Assembly: GCF_001194135.2 (NCBI RefSeq)
Contig: NC_069005.1
Location: forward strand, 34,652,110-34,716,109
DNA: 64,000 bases
DNA from: Octopus bimaculoides
Taxonomy: Eukaryota
Direction of reading: 5' to 3'
The translations under genes were made by a program, and so were the position numbers. Shown piece by piece: positions 1-13,384 of this stretch (positions are counted from its first letter, which is position 1; each line of letters starts with the position of its first letter). Below the pieces are notes generated by a model. That model was given only the letters and a program-made list of their open reading frames with translations. It did not search any database and was not told where the DNA came from.

Positions 1-362
1 AATCTGTAGTTTTGTATGTAATGAAGATGTTTGCATATGCATACACTGAGATATATAGACATGGATTCACACACACGCGCGCGCGCGCACACATACACAC
101 ACACATACAAATGTGTGTGTGTGTGTGCAAAGCCATAGCAGTCACGTTGAAGCCTGCATGACTTTGAAGCATGTACCATGCTTTTGCTAACTGTATTAGA
201 TGCTTACGTAATTTCAAGCCGACCTAGACACCCGCTCGGTCCTCTCACCCGGGACCCAGCAGAGCATTGACGATGCGACAGTGGGAACGATAGAGTGGAA
301 ACAACCAGAACTAGTGTTTTGCTGAAGGATGCATACATATTTGTGTATGTATAAATATGTAA

Positions 363-445
<83 letters not shown>

Positions 446-676
446 TATGTATATACATATGCACATATACATATATGTTGTTGTTGAAGGGGTGGGGGAA
501 AGTAATAATAACAGTGATGGAATTATCTAGCACTGGGAGCATCGTATTTCGTATTTACGAGGTGAGGGGCGTGACTGTAACGAAAGTTTCCCCATATTAC
601 TTCTTTCTCTTTTTCTTTAGTTCATTCTTCTTTTTCTTGAACTATTTCTTCGTATTATGGTTATTATTATTGCAAA

Positions 677-880
677 GGCAGCGAGCTGGCAGAATCGTTA
701 GCACGCCGGGCGAAATGCTTAACAGTATTTAGTCTGCCTCTTCGTTCTGAGTTCATATTCCGCCGAAGTCGATTTTGCCTTTCATCCCTTTTGGGGTCGA
801 TAAATTGAGTACTGGGGTCGATTTAATCGACTATACGCCTCCCACAAATTTCAGGCCTTGTACTTATAGTAGAAAGAATT
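677..880 (+). mobile_element. tRNA-derived SINE family A (GGCGGCGAGCTGGCAGAATCGTTAGC...). Other copies: 937-1110, 12849-12950, 14310-14460, 16873-17060, 22252-22432, 33950-34110 (+); 22143-22236, 42600-42785, 42838-42960, 43020-43130 (-)
   Basis: Many dispersed near-identical copies; B-box-like GAGTTCAAATTCC. Confidence 0.85.
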
Positions 881-1855
881 ATAATTCAACGTTTGGTAAA
901 CGCCTGATGCTAATATTCGATGGGACTGAAAACGGCAAGCTGGCAGCGTCGTTACGTTCTGAGTTCAAATTCTCTCGGAGGCAACTTTGCCTGTCATCCT
1001 TTCGGGATCGATGAAATAAGTACCAGTTGAACACTGGGGTCCATGTAATCAACTAACCCCCTCACTCGAAATTGCTGGCCTTGAGCCAAATTTCGAAGTC
1101 GTTATTATGATAGGACTTATAGCCTCTCTAGTACTCCTAGCCTTAACATCACGTCGCATTCCGAGTGTTGTGCTTCGGCATTGCAAGAGCAGGAGGCAAT
1201 AACCTAATTACCTAATTGGCAAGAGACTTTGAAGCTTTTCAACTTTCAAGAAATGATCGGAAATAATGTCACATTTGTGACAAGCAGCTGTCCAAAATGT
1301 CTCTAACCCTTTTGTTGTGTAACGAGTCTGCGCTCTCCTTTGAAGTCGATGCGTCATTTTCCTAAGTAAAAAGAAAGTAATTATAATCACACGAAAGAGA
1401 CAAAAACAAGCTTTGTTACGTGACAAGGGTCAGGGTTCAAATATATTCGAACGATAGAGTCGAATAGTAATGTTGTAAGGTGGGGAATTACAAACAAACC
1501 CAGCCTTCCCCTGGGTAGTAGGCCTCACTATAAGCAACTTACAACACATTCCACATATCTATATAAACGTAAAAGGCCAATAACATGACTAGGCATTACA
1601 CTTGTTTCTGTAGTAAAACATAACTCTTGAAGTCCAAAGTTGCCAGATCCTTCTTCTATCACCCTCATTGTATTTGTTGCTCAACGTGACAAGTATTTAA
1701 TACGTAAATACTAACTTTACCCTGTATAACAGTAATCTATTAAGAAACATAAACTTCACACTATAACAATAATAAAAGGTCAAACTTACTTCCTGTGTTG
1801 ACATAAATACTAAGACTGACTGCACTAGTTTTCCAGACCCACACAGGCTTCAGCA

Positions 1856-1867
1856 GCCGCCATCTTG
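1856..1867 (-). promoter_or_regulatory. YY1 motif CAAGATGGCGGC in first exon/TSS region
   Basis: Exact YY1 consensus on the minus strand, about 70 nt upstream of a GTAAGT donor at 1789. Confidence 0.6.
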
Positions 1868-2670
1868 TTATGCTCAAGAAGGAAAAGCATCATTGGAGAT
1901 TCCGATTACACAATCCATCCATCAATGGAAACAATTTGTGATATTTTACAGATCATAACATTTTTTGTTGCCATATGGCAACTATGGGCTGTAAAGCGTT
2001 AAAGGTACAACCTTCCAATGCAATATATATTATTGCTAAAAATAACAATGTTATTTATAGGAATGGATGACCTGAGATATATATAAATATACTTCTACTG
2101 TTAAAAGCACATATAAACTAAAACAAGGAATAATGTTAGAACAATCACATCAAAATCTTTGTCGGGTGCCAACGCACCAGGCCTAATATAATTGCTACAC
2201 AAAAGAAACATTATGAACAGTTATAGAGATCAGCTGTCATACAGATGTGAACGTTTTTAATTTACCTACAGTAAACATATCCTCTTAATCCTTTACATAT
2301 GTCATGATAATCCTTGATTAAATATCTCAGTGACAGTCTCTAAAATCTGAGGTTTGTCAAGCAAAGAATGTGATCAACTAACATGCATTTCGCAAATACA
2401 GGTTTCTCTAAGAGGAACAGTGAAATTAGGCATGACTTTTCTAAAGTTCAGTATAAAATTATTCGACAATTTTTTATCTATATTCCAGAGATACAATGTC
2501 GTCCCTAAAAAAGACCAAATAATTAATAATCCTGGGATAAATCTACAGAAACCTATAGTTTTTGAACATCAGCGCAAGGAATATTAGTGGAACATTCCTA
2601 TCAAGACATTTGTCAAGTGCAAACATAACAGGATGGATATAGATATTTAAAATAAAAAAGAAAAAGTATG

Positions 2671-2878
2671 TACGTGGAGTCACTGGCTTTAAGGGTATCA
2701 CGAAAGGCCTAGCTGGAGGCCAACCTTCCGAGTTCTTTTACAGGGCTTAAAATACTGAAGGGCTGCTGCAATGTGTATGTGAATCTGAGAGGGGAATATG
2801 TTGAATAAAATCATAATTAATTGATCCTCCTGTATTTTCTTTTACTCAAGGCCAGGAACTTTTCAGCACACTCTCATA
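2671..2878 (+). mobile_element. Mariner-derived MITE (TIR ..GCCAGGAACTTTTCAGCAC..TA plus transposase C-terminal remnant)
   Basis: TA-ended mariner-type TIR; NLRGEYVE* resembles a mariner C-terminus; second copy at 48241-48433. Confidence 0.7.
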
Positions 2879-3894
2879 CCGTCATAAGGATCAAGTGCCC
2901 TGTTGATATGGATATCTCTTCGAAAATCAAAATGAAATGGGATAACTACATCAACTGCTTCGAAACCTGCAGCTTCTGTACTCAGATTATAAATTCACGT
3001 TAATACTTAGTGCATTTAGTTGTGTTAGTAAATATGTGATAATCTGGATAAGCTGGGGTTTTCAGAAAAAGAAATCAACCAGCGACTCGCACATTACGAA
3101 CACAATCTGTGAGTGGAACAGTAAAAAATATGCAAGACTTTCCTTAAGTTTGAAATGTGTCATTGTTTTTTTTTATCCACATTCCAACGATGGAATGTGT
3201 TAGAAACCAGCTCCTTCCTTATAAGAAGACTTCAAATATTCAAAAGTAGAAGAAACATATATACACACATGCATACAGACAGATAGACATATATACGTAC
3301 ACACACACACACACACATATACATACGCACGTACATACAGGCACACATGCATACATACGTACATACATGCATACATACATGCGCAAATATATACATATAT
3401 AAAAGTACTCTGTTACGTGAGAGGTGTGTTTTAACAGAAAACATTTGTGTTTGTGAAGAAAAAAATTCAAGTTCTGGTTTTCAGAGACACACACCACCAA
3501 CAACACCACAACTGTCACTCCATTATTACCTCCACCCCTTCAATACCTCCACCCCATCAATACTTTCACCCCACCACTCCCTTCCCCCTACCACCGCCAT
3601 CAGTCTCCAGTTTTAACCTTCAGTACAACAACATCCATCACACTGAGTGTTTATCCAGGTTATTCTAGCGTTATCCACATTCACCGACAACTGACAGACG
3701 GAGAGAGAGGGGGGAGAGGTGGGCGGCAGGACAATCTGAATGGAGAAAAGTTGTGAAGTGGGTTAACAGAATGGCAGGGAGTTAGGAGAACCAGTTGAAA
3801 AAAACATAATTACTCTGAAAATGTAGCCACATCTTCTTTTCAGAGGTATTAAAAGCGTCAGTGAAATGGTAAATAACGAAGTCACATGTTGCCT

Positions 3895-3936
<42 letters not shown>

Positions 3937-4029
3937 TATGGTAAAGTGTTTGCACTGGAGAAAACTGTGCATACACTTTTATCAGCTTGTATAAGATTTC
4001 AGTTAACGTTCTTAAAATGAAACCCACAC

Positions 4030-5639
4030 GCAACGTGGTTTAATAATGTACTTACTGTATTTATGAGTTCAAAAGAAAAGGCAATAAAATCCACTCGCAT
4101 GGATTTTCGATTATAAAATCGACGAGAAAAGTATATTTCTTGCTTATGTTTATTTCATTGAAGATTAACGTTTAGTTCAAGAGCTATTATTTGTAAGGCA
4201 TCTAGAAACAAACACAAAAGAGAGGCCAGTTTTTCTTGTTTGAGCAATAGATGGGACACCATCGATGGTAGTTTGTCCTCGAGGCTTCATCAGTTTATTG
4301 AAAAAGTTATATCTAGCACGTTTATAATCCACAGGCAACATCTGGCTGCAGATAATCTAAGTGGTAGACCTAACAAATCAATGAGCACTGTTATCATAGC
4401 AATAAATAAAATCAAGGCACATGCGCACAAATCCCCACTGTTTCTACTGCGCTGTTCTGAGAATAGTAACGATTATGAACGTCTGTTGTTGCCCACAGAA
4501 GTCCGACGTCTGTCAAAAAAACTGCTGGAAAGTTTCTATTCCCTTTTTAAAAGCTGTTGAATTCTTGCAAGGCTGTTATTCTGTTCTCTGTGATGAACCA
4601 TGAAACATTGCTTATACGACAGATATATTCACAAAGTTCAATGAAGCTAATTTGCAACTGCAGGGAAATGAAGTTCAACCTTATCAAAGTAAAACCAGCC
4701 GTCTCCCTGTTTCTGTCGAAGTTCATATTTTATTCAAATTTCACATAATCCGTTGTTCTTTCAGTTTCCGAGCCTCTCTGAATCGGAGAAGGGAAAGGGC
4801 ATACCAGAAGATGGCATTTAAGTGTATTGTTCACTGCGCAGGGACATGTGATAGGTTTCAGGATATTTATTTTTGATTAAAATACCAGTCTGAGTGAGTC
4901 CAAGATATCAGCTATGAAGATACAAGAAATATGGCAGAAGAACTGGTTTCACTTTAAAATTACATTTAGCAGAGGTCAAAGTTCAAAGAAGTCACGTCAG
5001 GATTTTTTATAGCAAAAGGACCTTTCTGACTGCTACCTTGCACTGTGGAACAAAGTCAAGATGTACTTTATAACCTTTCCAACGTCATGTTTTATAGAGC
5101 AGAGCTTCAGTACAGTTGCCCATATTTTTTCTAAACAAAGAAAGAAACTGAGAATTATTGAACGCGACAGGGGCGGACTGAGCCGTCGGTCAATCGGGCA
5201 CTGCCTGAGGGCCCGGAGCTCTGAGGGATCCGGACTCTACATGTTAACTCTACTAAAACACACATTCAGAGGGGCCCGGTAAAGTTATGCCCGAAGGCCC
5301 TTAATACTCTCAGTCCACCCCTGGAACGCGGGGATCTAAGTCTACTTCTTAGTACCTTTCAGTCAGGTGTTGAGAGTCTGATGTCGCTACACAATGCGCA
5401 TGTCTATCACATTAAAAATGTGGAGACAACGTAATTGCAAGTTGGGTGTAAATTTAGTCTTTCATATTGTAAAGAGGACAAAATAATTGGTTAGGTTAAG
5501 TTTTATTTGTGAAATACTGTTATTTTGAATTTGCAGTTGAAAGAGGTCTATGTTTGTTGTTGTGAAGTAGTGGGGGGCACTAGGAGCATGATGTGGGTGC
5601 CAAGGCGGTGGCAATCCGAAAAGGCTTGGGAACTACTAG
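4030..5639 (+). pseudogene. Decayed hAT/Charlie (Buster/ZBED5-like) transposon
   Basis: HRQHLAA...LLLPTEVRRLSK and FPTSCFIEQSFS...ERGDL fragments match hAT catalytic and dimerisation motifs; frameshifts and stops; Charlie-like 3' end ttgggaactactag. Confidence 0.8.
5168..5323. mobile_element. 156-bp hAT-type MITE nested in the hAT fossil
   Basis: 15-bp TIR CAGGGGCGGACTGAG / CTCAGTCCACCCCTG; 8-bp TSD gaacgcga/gaacgcgg; interrupts the IIER|GDL coding remnant. Confidence 0.85.
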
Positions 5640-5985
5640 ACTACATAGAGAAACATATGAGTTTAACAACATTATCTAGTTTTCATAAAGAGATTAAAAA
5701 TTGTGTTGACACGCTAAACGCACCCGTAAGTTTATCGTTAAATCTTATTGATCCTAGAGCTATGAAGTGCTTGTGGTGACACACGTGTGCATCTATACCA
5801 ATGCAAACATACATGCACACATGCATACATACGAAGACGGCAGGCAGACATTAAGTGACGTTACAGTTTCAACGTTCTGCAAATTCGGTCAATTCATGAG
5901 TGTTGCTGTTGTATTGTTGTTGTTATTGTTGTTGTTGTTGTCGTTTACGACATTGTTGTGGATGCTGTTGGTTGTTGGAGTTCTT

Positions 5986-6044
<59 letters not shown>

Positions 6045-6351
6045 TGATGATAATAATAATTACGATAATGTTAAAATTGATTTTGTGGACGAGTTAATGA
6101 CTATAAGGTTCTTGATAGCATGCTTTTTGTATTGCTTTTGTTGTTATAGTAATGTTATTGTAAATGATGATCATGATGACGACAACAATGATCATCATCA
6201 TCATCACTGTCATCGTCTTCGTTGTCGTCGTCATGTTATTGCGCTTAGTTTATTTTCTTTCGCTTCCTGGTCGTTTACAAATAGCTATTTATGTTAATCG
6301 TAGCAGGATATGGTGGAGAGACGAGGAAAAGAATGTGAAATGATGTTACAT

Positions 6352-6445
<94 letters not shown>

Positions 6446-6921
6446 NNNNNNNNNNNNNNNNNNNNNNNNNNNNNNNNNNNNNNNNNNNNNNNNNNNNNNN
6501 NNNNNNNNNNNNNNNNNNNNNNNNNNNNNNNNNNNNNNNNNNNNNNNNNNNNNNNNNNNNNNNNNNNNNNNNNNNNNNNNNNNNNNNNNNNNNNNNNNNN
6601 NNNNNNNNNNNNNNNNNNNNNNNNNNNNNNNNNNNNNNNNNNNNNNNNNNNNNNNNNNNNNNNNNNNNNNNNNNNNNNNNNNNNNNNNNNNNNNNNNNNN
6701 NNNNNNNNNNNNNNNNNNNNNNNNNNNNNNNNNNNNNNNNNNNNNNNNNNNNNNNNNNNNNNNNNNNNNNNNNNNNNNNNNNNNNNNNNNNNNNNNNNNN
6801 NNNNNNNNNNNNNNNNNNNNNNNNNNNNNNNNNNNNNNNNNNNNNNNNNNNNNNNNNNNNNNNNNNNNNNNNNNNNNNNNNNNNNNNNNNNNNNNNNNNN
6901 NNNNNNNNNNNNNNNNNNNNN

Positions 6922-6984
<63 letters not shown>

Positions 6985-7660
6985 CGTGGTGAAATTCGAG
7001 AGAAATGAGGGGATGTGTGTAATAGGCCTGGTAAATACAGGATTCCAAATTACGCAAGCTAATAAGATACCGCCTAGGAATTACCGCCGAAGCAATAAAT
7101 AGATACAGAAATAAAATGAAAAATCAAGAAAATTCCATCAGTCAGAGCAGACATTTGACACACAACGTTCAGGGTAGCGTTTGTGAAATTAGTAAATTTC
7201 GAATAGTTCATTTTCGCTGGTCGTTTAAAGTCACAGTTTGTTTGTTTGTTTTTTTGTTTTTTTTACGATTGCAAATCTCTAACATATTCTGACATGATAA
7301 ACATCTGTTGTTCGGTTCGGTCACAGTCACTTCTGAAATAACCACTTGAAATTGATGTTGCTGCACTTGTTTTAGCTTTTGATTTACTGAGTCAGTCGCT
7401 GACTTTCTTTCATTAAATCGTAGACAAAATGATTTACTTGGTTTAGTTTCGGTCCTCTGTGTAATGCGTTCAAACCTCGCCCAAGTTAACTTTACTACAT
7501 TTAAAGTATTAGCAGGACGCTCAGGGAAGGAAAGAATGGTGATTTTACGATTCGAGCAAAGCTCTTCTTCAGAAACAGAGGAAAATCCAATAGAAAAGGA
7601 AGACGGAGGGGAAAAATCACCAATGATTCACATGTGATTGATTACATTTTGAAAATGTAT

Positions 7661-7709
<49 letters not shown>

Positions 7710-8381
7710 NNNNNNNNNNNNNNNNNNNNNNNNNNNNNNNNNNNNNNNNNNNNNNNNNNNNNNNNNNNNNNNNNNNNNNNNNNNNNNNNNNNNNNNNNNN
7801 NNNNNNNNNNNNNNNNNNNNNNNNNNNNNNNNNNNNNNNNNNNNNNNNNNNNNNNNNNNNNNNNNNNNNNNNNNNNNNNNNNNNNNNNNNNNNNNNNNNN
7901 NNNNNNNNNNNNNNNNNNNNNNNNNNNNNNNNNNNNNNNNNNNNNNNNNNNNNNNNNNNNNNNNNNNNNNNNNNNNNNNNNNNNNNNNNNNNNNNNNNNN
8001 NNNNNNNNNNNNNNNNNNNNNNNNNNNNNNNNNNNNNNNNNNNNNNNNNNNNNNNNNNNNNNNNNNNNNNNNNNNNNNNNNNNNNNNNNNNNNNNNNNNN
8101 NNNNNNNNNNNNNNNNNNNNNNNNNNNNNNNNNNNNNNNNNNNNNNNNNNNNNNNNNNNNNNNNNNNNNNNNNNNNNNNNNNNNNNNNNNNNNNNNNNNN
8201 NNNNNNNNNNNNNNNNNNNNNNNNNNNNNNNNNNNNNNNNNNNNNNNNNNNNNNNNNNNNNNNNNNNNNNNNNNNNNNNNNNNNNNNNNNNNNNNNNNNN
8301 NNNNNNNNNNNNNNNNNNNNNNNNNNNNNNNNNNNNNNNNNNNNNNNNNNNNNNNNNNNNNNNNNNNNNNNNNNNNNNNNN

Positions 8382-8413
<32 letters not shown>

Positions 8414-8828
8414 ATTTCCTATTTCCTATAGGTTCGGGTCGACCCATACTTTGTGAGTGAAACTGTGTAGAAGGAATCTGTATAGCAGCCCATCGGCTGT
8501 AATTGCACAAGTACAGCCTTGTCACTCACTGTCACTCGCTGATTCTGCCTGAGAATTATGTTAAGGGTACACATGTCTGTGAGATACTCAGCCATTTATG
8601 CCTTAATTCTGGAGCAGAGAATTCAACTGATCGAAAATTAAATCCTCATTGTTTAATGAAGGAGACCCACCACCGTCACCACCTCCACCACCATGTACGT
8701 ATAAGCATTCATTCTTCTTTATATAACCAATCAAATATATTTTAACATTACCTTTCTCAATTTCAGAGTCCCAAGTTCCATATCGCATACAGATCACATC
8801 TACTGCTTTCTAAACTGCTGCGCAATTC

Positions 8829-9642
8829 ATGGATTACGGATTATCTAACCTCTTATATTGGATTATTTGTAAGTATCCTTAGCTATTCCTGGATTTACAA
8901 TTGTCTTCTTGATGTGAACCATAATGTTTTATGAGAATACGCAGAACATGTTCTGGCAGTATACAGAATATTCCTGGCGGTTGTGGAATCCTTGCTGAAA
9001 CTAAAGCAACAATAAAAGAACACCAGTGCAATGACAGCCAACAGCAAGTTGTACCCTGAAGTTTCCCATAAGAACGGCAAGTTAAGATAATGGAGGGATG
9101 TGAACAAAGAAACGATAGGAAGAGCCAGTCTTCAAACTTAACAACTTTAACATACATAGAATGCAACAATGAAGAAATTCTGGGTCCAAACTCCACACCA
9201 TTATTCAAGTCTATCTTAAAAGTCGGACCAATTCCTAAAATATTTCAATAGAGATTATATACAGTTCATATAGTTTTATAAAGTTCCATCTACTGTTCAA
9301 GTAAATAATCATGAGCTTTATTTAGTTTTAAAAGATAAACAATTCTAGTGCATCATACCTAAAACAAGGGTACATTATAAACAAATTCTATATCTAAGAT
9401 ACTCTAACACATTACATCTTCAAACAACAACACATTATAAACATCTTTTATACGCTGATAATTCACTCTATTAAAACTTCAACAATTGTACATTATTAAC
9501 CAGGCCGAATTGGCATTCTGTTATATTTGCACCAAGTTCTATAAATATTGTCTTTTATAAACGTTGTCTAATTTAAACATATTGCTAAAATTTATAAACA
9601 AGCACGATCGCGTGCGCGTGTGTGTGTACATATATGCGTATG

Positions 9643-9682
<40 letters not shown>

Positions 9683-10266
9683 GCGTGTGTATTTTGGAGT
9701 ATAGTTGAAGGTGGAGGATGAATGGACATGTATGCGCTTATGCATACATTTATCTGTAGGCTCAACCGCTTAAGCTTGCAATTACTCTGTCATATGTTCA
9801 TGGGGACGATTATTATATTCTATGACGTCCTTACAATTAACAACTTTAACAACAGTGAGAACTATACCAGGTGGTACTAAGTTTAACAGATCATGGAACG
9901 AAGTACACGGCGGCGCGATGGGGTTTCAGATACATAACACACACATACATATATATACGTGGCTGTGGTAAGAAGCTTGCTTACCAACCACATGCTTCCG
10001 GTGCAGTCCCACTGCGTGGCACCTTGGGCTAGTGTCTTCTACTATAGCCTCGGGCCGACCAAAGCCTTGCGAGTGGATTTGGTAGACGGAAACTGAAAAG
10101 AAGCCCGTCGTATATTACGTCCCCGTAACTTAGCGGCTTGGGAAAAGCGACCAATAAAATAAGTACTAGGCTTACAAAGAATAAGTCATGGGGTCGATTT
10201 GCTCGACTGGAGGCGGTGCTCCAGCATAACCACAGTCAAATGAGTGAAACAAGTAAAAAATAAATA

Positions 10267-10315
<49 letters not shown>

Positions 10316-12585
10316 AATACATACCCATATATATATAAAAAATTTTCTCCGTGTTTTTCTCCTTGTTTTCTCCGTATTCTTTCTGTTGAAGAGCGTAGCT
10401 CGAAACGTTAAAGACTTTCTGTATTCCCGAGCGTCAAACTAATACATCCTTTTGTTGTTCACACCACCTGTCCTCGTCTGTTGTTGTTGTTTTTTTCGTA
10501 CATTCTCCCTATACATATTATTTATTTATTGATTTTGCAGTGTTGTCAGTAATAAAGTGTGAAGCAGTCGAAGATTGCATTCCAGTAATTAATGAGACGG
10601 ATTTCAGGGTTCCAGTCAATCAGACAATTGTGGTGAGATGCCAACTGGGAACATGCCACTACAGATTTGAAGGTGTTACCTGGAAAAGACATGGCCGAAA
10701 GATAAACGATTACACAGAATCGTAAGTGACGTCATACCATTTTGTATTTCCGTCTTACGCATCCACATGTACGCTGTTGCTGCTGTTGTTGTGTGTTGGT
10801 GGAATATCTGTAGTCATTATAAACAAAGAAAGTCCACCCATGACCATCTCATCGTTTATTCAGAAACAGAATGCATAGGGCTTCCTTGTTTAATATTGTG
10901 TTCCTTTTTCCAGTTGGGAGAGTGAGATCCGAAGGATATTTGACTGCTATATTTTACAGATCGAGCGATATGCAAGTTTGTCTATCTGAATATATGCGCA
11001 TACGCGTTTGTGTTTGCATGTGCGTGCGTGTACATGAGTGTTCATGCGTGTGTAAGCACAAAATTTTAAACAGGGAACTTCTGCCCAAATTAGTGAACCT
11101 CCTCTGTTCGCCCCCCCCCCCCNNNNNNNNNNNNNNNCCCCCCTCATTCGCTTCGCCTGGACAGTATTCGCGATATTTTTGGATTCCTTATGGTCTTCGA
11201 GGAAAAGATTGAGAGTCAGGTGTATAACGCCTCCCTGCTCAGACCAGCCACTCGGTATGTCAGTTTGGTCCTCCGTTGTTCTTAGAAATGAATATCAATG
11301 ACTCTGTAGAATGCCAACATCACGTAACGATACCCAGCTACGAGTTTTCTTCCGAGTGCATCACATGATGCACTTTTGCCACAGCCTTTGTGAAAGTTTC
11401 AATGTCGGTTATGTAAATTTTATTGTTGATGTTGCTTCTGTTGTGTTGCTTGATTTGGAGCTAGCTCTGAGGCATCTTTGCAGTCCAAAATTTAGACAAA
11501 AATTATTTGAAATCTTCCTGAAAAAAGGGATCTTTCTACGAAGCTATTGTTTCTCTTCATTCTCTGATATACAGCTGATGGATTAGCAACCAACTTGTTG
11601 TCAATGCTTACGTCATTGTTGTATCTCCCACGCCATCCCTGATAACAGAAATTTCTCCATCATTTTGACTTCATGTCCTGGTGTTATTAATTTCCCTCAG
11701 AATCTGTTGGGAGTGGTAGAATCTCTGAAGCATTTTTTTAAACATAGTATGTAGTTAGTGAATGAGTTGTGTGAATTATTATCTATCATATGATAGCGTT
11801 TGAATTCCTGGTTCTGTTGCGTGGGTTGTTTACTTATTCAGGATGACCAGCGTTCAGTTAGTTTATTATCACGTACACCGCAGATGTCTCTGAAGTGTTT
11901 TTGTTCTTCTATTTATCACAATTATAGCTGAGGTATACTATCAGGTATTGACCAATATATATCCATCAAGTCATCTTCTCTGTCCATAATTATTGGGTGG
12001 GTGGGGGTACCTCGTCCATAGGTTAACTCTCATTAGAATTTCCGACTGGATTCCCAGGCGTCACCAACTAAGATTATGGATGTTATCCAGCCATCTAGGC
12101 GTGACTGTCTGGTAAGAAGCTTCCTTCCCAACTGCATGGTTCCGAGTTCAGTCTCACTGCACGAGGAGGTACCCAGATGAAGCTGGAATTTTGCAATGTT
12201 ATTTGTCTTACTTTTACATGTTTACACTTTTATTGCCTTCAAATTATTCTCCATTCCAAGCAATGCATCGGTCCAGACTCGTTTTCCACTATTCGATGCA
12301 GTGTTGGAACTCTTGCGAAGTGTTACCTTTTAACGCTTCCATCTCTCTTTCATTCATCCTCTTTCTTTTCGATTATTTCATCTTGTTAAACCGTTAATCC
12401 CTACACATGTTTTTTTCTCTCTCCGTTTTTTTCTCTCCCTCTCTATTTTTTTCCCTCTCAACCTTTTCTGTCGAAGAGCGTAGGCTCGAAGCATCAAAGA
12501 CTTTTCCATTCTTCCCGAGCGTCAAACTAATACACCTGCTTGTTGTCCCTTCACCTGTCTTTATCTTTTGCTTTCTATAAATTTG

Positions 12586-12661
<76 letters not shown>

Positions 12662-13384
12662 TGTGTTTATATTTTAGAATCAGTGAAATTCGATACCCAA
12701 ACATGACTAAACTCCGTATTTTAAGAATGAACAAATCATATGAAGGCGAGTATGTTTGTTCGAGTGAGTATTCCAGAATATCCAGAAGTATATTTATCCA
12801 TGTCAGCGGTAAGTCACTCGTAATAACCATAATTACTATTGTTATTAAGGCGGCGAGCTGACAGAATCGTTATCACAACGGGCAAAATGCTTTGCGGTAT
12901 TTCGCCCGTCGCTACGTTCTGAGTTCAAATTTCGCCGAGGTCAACTTTACTCTATGTCTATTTAGATAAATTCCTATACTAAAAGTAAATTTATTACCAT
13001 TCACACACATATATACACACATATATATGTATATTTGGTCGCCTATTAGGCGATAGATACACAGTTCGAATGGGAGTCAGTGAAAGTATTTCTGTGTTTT
13101 ATCCGAAATAGATATTCATAAAGTCTAATGTTTATTTTGTTTTTACAGAATCTTCCATAACAACAGAGCATCGAACTGGACCAACTTCACCATCAACTGG
13201 AACTGTAATGACAGAGACTACGTCATTCGACGAAATTTCCTCCTCAGATGAAAAACTAACTACATTCCCAACCACTTCTGGGGGTACTACTATCACATCA
13301 CAATGTAAAACATTTTGGCCACATGTCACACTTTTGTATACTATTCTCACACTATATTTCATAAATTGCGAACATTTCACGTAA
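8829..13384 (+). CDS. 195-aa secreted/GPI-type single Ig-domain protein with Ser/Thr mucin stalk; exons 8829-8868, 10541-10721, 12678-12808, 13149-13384
   Basis: Signal peptide MDYGLSNLLYWIILLSVIKC. Ig hallmarks: RCQ...VTWKR...LRILRMNKSYEGEYVC. Thr/Ser-rich stalk, hydrophobic C-tail. All junctions AG/GT with matching phases (1,2,1). In-frame stop upstream of the ATG. Confidence 0.82.
9959..10260 (+). mobile_element. tRNA-derived SINE family B (GGCTGTGTGGTAAGAAGCTTGCTT...GACTGAAACAAGTAAAAGA). Other copies: 14468-14852, 19430-19633, 43130-43460, 46678-46760
   Basis: Dispersed homologous copies with A/B-box-like head. Confidence 0.85.
11160..12060 (-). pseudogene. Degenerate non-LTR retrotransposon RT fragment (R4/Dong- or R2-like)
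   Basis: Minus-strand FWT..., IETFTKAV and IPSGWSEQG..L..KN fragments resemble the RT N-terminus; many stops. Confidence 0.45.

Larger units (their letters stand above)
208..1900 (-). other. 5' part of an unidentified spliced transcript running off the left edge; exons approx 1790-1900, 1543-1721, 1212-1361, 208-321
   Basis: Four AG/GT-bounded segments (three GTAAG donors, one GTAATT). Exons 1212-1361 and 208-321 are both multiples of 3 and share one open phase-2 frame. No recognised homology. Confidence 0.45.

Noticed and set aside
5767-6297. 176-aa ORF with poly-L, poly-N and poly-H tracts
   Set aside because: Built from (TTG)n, (AAT)n, (GAT)n and (CAT)n microsatellites; no splice or domain support.
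7510-7660. Short open frames (MVILRFEQSSSSETEE...; RTLREGKNGDFTIRAK...) upstream of the Ig gene
   Set aside because: Weak splice sites and no recognisable homology; may be the 5' UTR or promoter of the Ig gene.
385-8525. Long ORFs of VC/HT/YI repeats and X runs in the ORF track (e.g. 385-732, 6275-7102, 7617-8525; similar ones near 15242-17661, 22553-23008, 61450-62006)
   Set aside because: Artefacts of (GT)n/(AT)n microsatellites and N gaps, which lack stop codons.
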